9,220 nucleotides of DNA from Vibrio cholerae ATCC 14035. Lineage in GTDB: Bacteria > Pseudomonadota > Gammaproteobacteria > Enterobacterales > Vibrionaceae. Positions 7,726-9,220 of this stretch are shown one piece after another. The position numbers and the translations under genes are program-made. Position 1 is the stretch's first letter; each line of letters starts with the position of its first letter. Below the pieces are notes generated by a model. The model saw only the letters and a program-made list of their open reading frames with translations. It ran no database searches and was not told where the DNA came from. The stretch is taken from NCBI RefSeq assembly GCF_000621645.1, contig NZ_JHXR01000043.1:1-9220 (forward strand), in the 5' to 3' direction.

Positions 7726-7909
7726 ACTCGTTACGCCGCTATTTATTACAGAATGAATTTAAAGCGTAATTTTTTCACACAAGTGTTGCTTGGTGTAACT
7801 CACCAGTCACCTTTCATTCTCTTTCCCCGCACATCACACCCATTCCAACCTCCACAAAAAGTCCATATCTAGCAATCAGTTAGAAAAAATTCTATTTTCA
7901 TTTTAATTC

Positions 7910-7937
7910 TTGCCCTATCTATCAAATTGAATATAAA
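7910..7937 (+). promoter_or_regulatory. Candidate sigma70 promoter of the integrase gene
   Basis: TTGCCC (7910-7915), 16-bp spacer, TATAAA (7932-7937). Motif inspection only. Confidence 0.3.
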
Positions 7938-7941
7938 CCTA

Positions 7942-7992
7942 TTGCATCAAAAGAAATCTTGTACCAAATTTGTACCAAATTTTCTGATGCAA
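7942..7992 (+). repeat. Tandem 11-mers TTGTACCAAAT x2 (7959-7980) bracketed by inverted repeat TTGCATCA (7942-7949) / TGATGCAA (7985-7992)
   Basis: Read directly. The array lies between the candidate int promoter and the int SD (AAGGTGAG, 7991-7998). A third near-copy, TTGTACCGAAT, is at 7708-7718. Confidence 0.7.
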
Positions 7993-7999
7993 GGTGAGT

Positions 8000-9151
8000 A
8001 TGGCAATAACGGATGCATGGTTAAGAGCAACCAATGGCAAACCCTATTCAGGTAAGACTGAGATAAGCCACAGATTTGGGCTTGGCGTTCGTGTTAGCCC
8101 TAAAGGCAAGATCACTTGGGTTTATCGGGCTAACATCAACGGTAAAATGCAGCGCATCAAATTGGGTGAATACCCAGCAATGAAGCTGCGCGATGCAATC
8201 CAAGCCAGAGAAAGCCGAGCTGAGTTAGTCGAGCTTGGTTTTGACCCAAGAAAATCCACAAGATCTGCTAACGATGACTCAATAATCACTTTGAACGATC
8301 TTATCGATTATTGGGCAGAGAACCATGCAAGAGACAACATAAAGCAGTGTGATGCATTGCTGAAAATGTTCCACACCGATATCACTCCTACACTCGGTAA
8401 TTACCCAGCAAAACAACTCGAACTGATCGATTTCATGCCTGTTTTCTTGAAGGCTAAAAGGCGGGTGAGTGCAAAGCATTCGGCTAACCTGATGACACGT
8501 TTCAAGCAAGTACTCTCATATGCAGTGCGTCATGGTTTGTTGAAATACAACGTACTGACGGAACTTAAAAAAGCCGATGTTGGGGTGCCCACTACACCGA
8601 AGAGAAGCCGCCAAGACGAACAAGGTGTCAAAGCACTTTGGAAAGCGATTGATGATATTTCCATTCACGAGAGCAATAAAAACTTTCTGCGCTTGATGCT
8701 GATTTTTGCCAACCGCAGTAACGAATTGCGGCTGGCTAAAAAAGCAGACTTTGATCTTGAGAAACGAGTGTGGACAGTCCCCGAAGAGAATAACAAGGTT
8801 CGTAAGAAGCAAGGCGGTGCTATTCGCAGAGCTATTCCCCCTCTTGCTGAAAAAATTATCATGGAGCAATTTGCCATTTGGCCGAATCACACCATGATGT
8901 TCCCCCCGGTGAATACGGAACAAGACAGGCCAATGTCAGCTAACGTGCCTGTCGATTTTGGCAGCAAGCTGGCCGATAGAATTGAAGAACTCGGTTTCCC
9001 GCGCACAACCAATCACGATATGCGAAGAACGGCGCGTAACATTTGGGAGTCAATGGGTGTGCCATACCACGTGGCAGAGACAATGTTAGGCCATAAAGTG
9101 CATACTGGTGTTCAGAGTCATTATTTAGGGAAGATGCGATTAAGTCTCTGA
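8000..9151 (+). CDS. int: Tyrosine recombinase, P4-type (DUF4102-N-terminus) integrase
   Basis: The N-terminus (ITDAWLRATNGKPY...GLGVRVSPKGKITWVYRANINGKMQRIKLGEYPAMKLRDA) fits the P4-integrase arm-binding domain pattern. Catalytic signature is present: R (ANRSNELR), K (NNKVRKK), H-x-x-R (HDMRRTA), H (LGHK), Y (QSHY). I prefer ATG 8000 with SD AAGGTGAG over the track's GTG 7994. Confidence 0.9.
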   Translation: MAITDAWLRATNGKPYSGKTEISHRFGLGVRVSPKGKITWVYRANINGKMQRIKLGEYPAMKLRDAIQARESRAELVELGFDPRKSTRSANDDSIITLNDLIDYWAENHARDNIKQCDALLKMFHTDITPTLGNYPAKQLELIDFMPVFLKAKRRVSAKHSANLMTRFKQVLSYAVRHGLLKYNVLTELKKADVGVPTTPKRSRQDEQGVKALWKAIDDISIHESNKNFLRLMLIFANRSNELRLAKKADFDLEKRVWTVPEENNKVRKKQGGAIRRAIPPLAEKIIMEQFAIWPNHTMMFPPVNTEQDRPMSANVPVDFGSKLADRIEELGFPRTTNHDMRRTARNIWESMGVPYHVAETMLGHKVHTGVQSHYLGKMRLSL

Positions 9152-9196
9152 TATGAGATCATAGCAACCATCAAAACAGCAAGGATGAGGTGACCG

Positions 9197-9220
9197 ATGA
9201 GTCATCAACTGACTTTCGCA
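9197..9220 (+). CDS. Start of an unidentified ORF (MSHQLTFA...) running off the right edge; possibly the first cargo gene after int
   Basis: ATG at 9197 is preceded by AAGGATGAGG (9181-9190). It lies 45 nt after the int stop on the same strand. Only 8 codons are visible, so no product can be called. Confidence 0.35.

Noticed and set aside
7731-7775. TTACGC (7731-7736) / GCGTAA (7764-7769) followed by T6, terminator-like
   Set aside because: The stem is only 6 bp and A/T-rich, and the loop is 27 nt. That is too weak to call a terminator.
7753-7872. 39-aa ORF (MNLKRNFFTQVLLGVTHQSPFILFPRTSHPFQPPQKVHI) in the int upstream spacer
   Set aside because: It has no SD, lies in A+T-rich spacer, and its product is proline/histidine-rich and low-complexity with no recognisable fold. 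Probably non-coding.
7528-7993. tRNA or tmRNA 3' end as the integrase target
   Set aside because: I recognise no cloverleaf-compatible sequence, no T-loop (GTTCRANYC) and no acceptor/CCA-like end on either strand. This was not checked with tRNAscan or ARAGORN.
8279-8923. Minus-strand ORFs (8279-8509, 8516-8923, 8665-8877) and the plus out-of-frame ORF 8706-8897 inside the integrase gene
   Set aside because: They lie antisense to or out of frame with a motif-complete integrase and have no supporting signals.
1-9220. CRISPR arrays, integron attC/VCR-type repeats, rRNA
   Set aside because: I saw no regularly spaced repeat-spacer pattern, no attC-like imperfect palindromes of the expected size, and no rRNA-like sequence.

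Overview
Most of the window is a conserved Vibrio-type glycine-cleavage / one-carbon cluster. glyA-gcvH-gcvP lie on the minus strand (5142 down to 410). An XRE-HTH/cupin regulator (5530-6153) and gcvT (6397-7527) lie on the plus strand. Both flanks carry mobile-DNA hallmarks. On the left (1 to ~352, minus) is the 5' part of an IS200/IS605-family tnpA with its structured left end; from memory it resembles IS1004 of V. cholerae, not verified. On the right is a P4-type tyrosine integrase (8000-9151, plus). A ~465-bp spacer with no ORF of 60 aa or more, visibly A+T-rich in its right half, precedes it and carries direct, tandem and inverted repeats. A new ORF starts at 9197 and runs off the window. 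I found no rRNA, tRNA or CRISPR array. I do not see a complete novel multi-gene system inside the window. The best leads are: (i) an apparent genomic-island edge whose cargo lies beyond 9220; (ii) a family of GGAAAC/GTTTCC hexamer palindromes in both regulatory regions flanking the XRE-cupin gene, a candidate dedicated operator set; (iii) a structured glyA leader with mutually exclusive helices that does not match the canonical glycine riboswitch; (iv) an intrinsic terminator inside the glyA-gcvH-gcvP unit. All structure and repeat calls come from reading the sequence by eye. No searches, folding programs or statistics were run.
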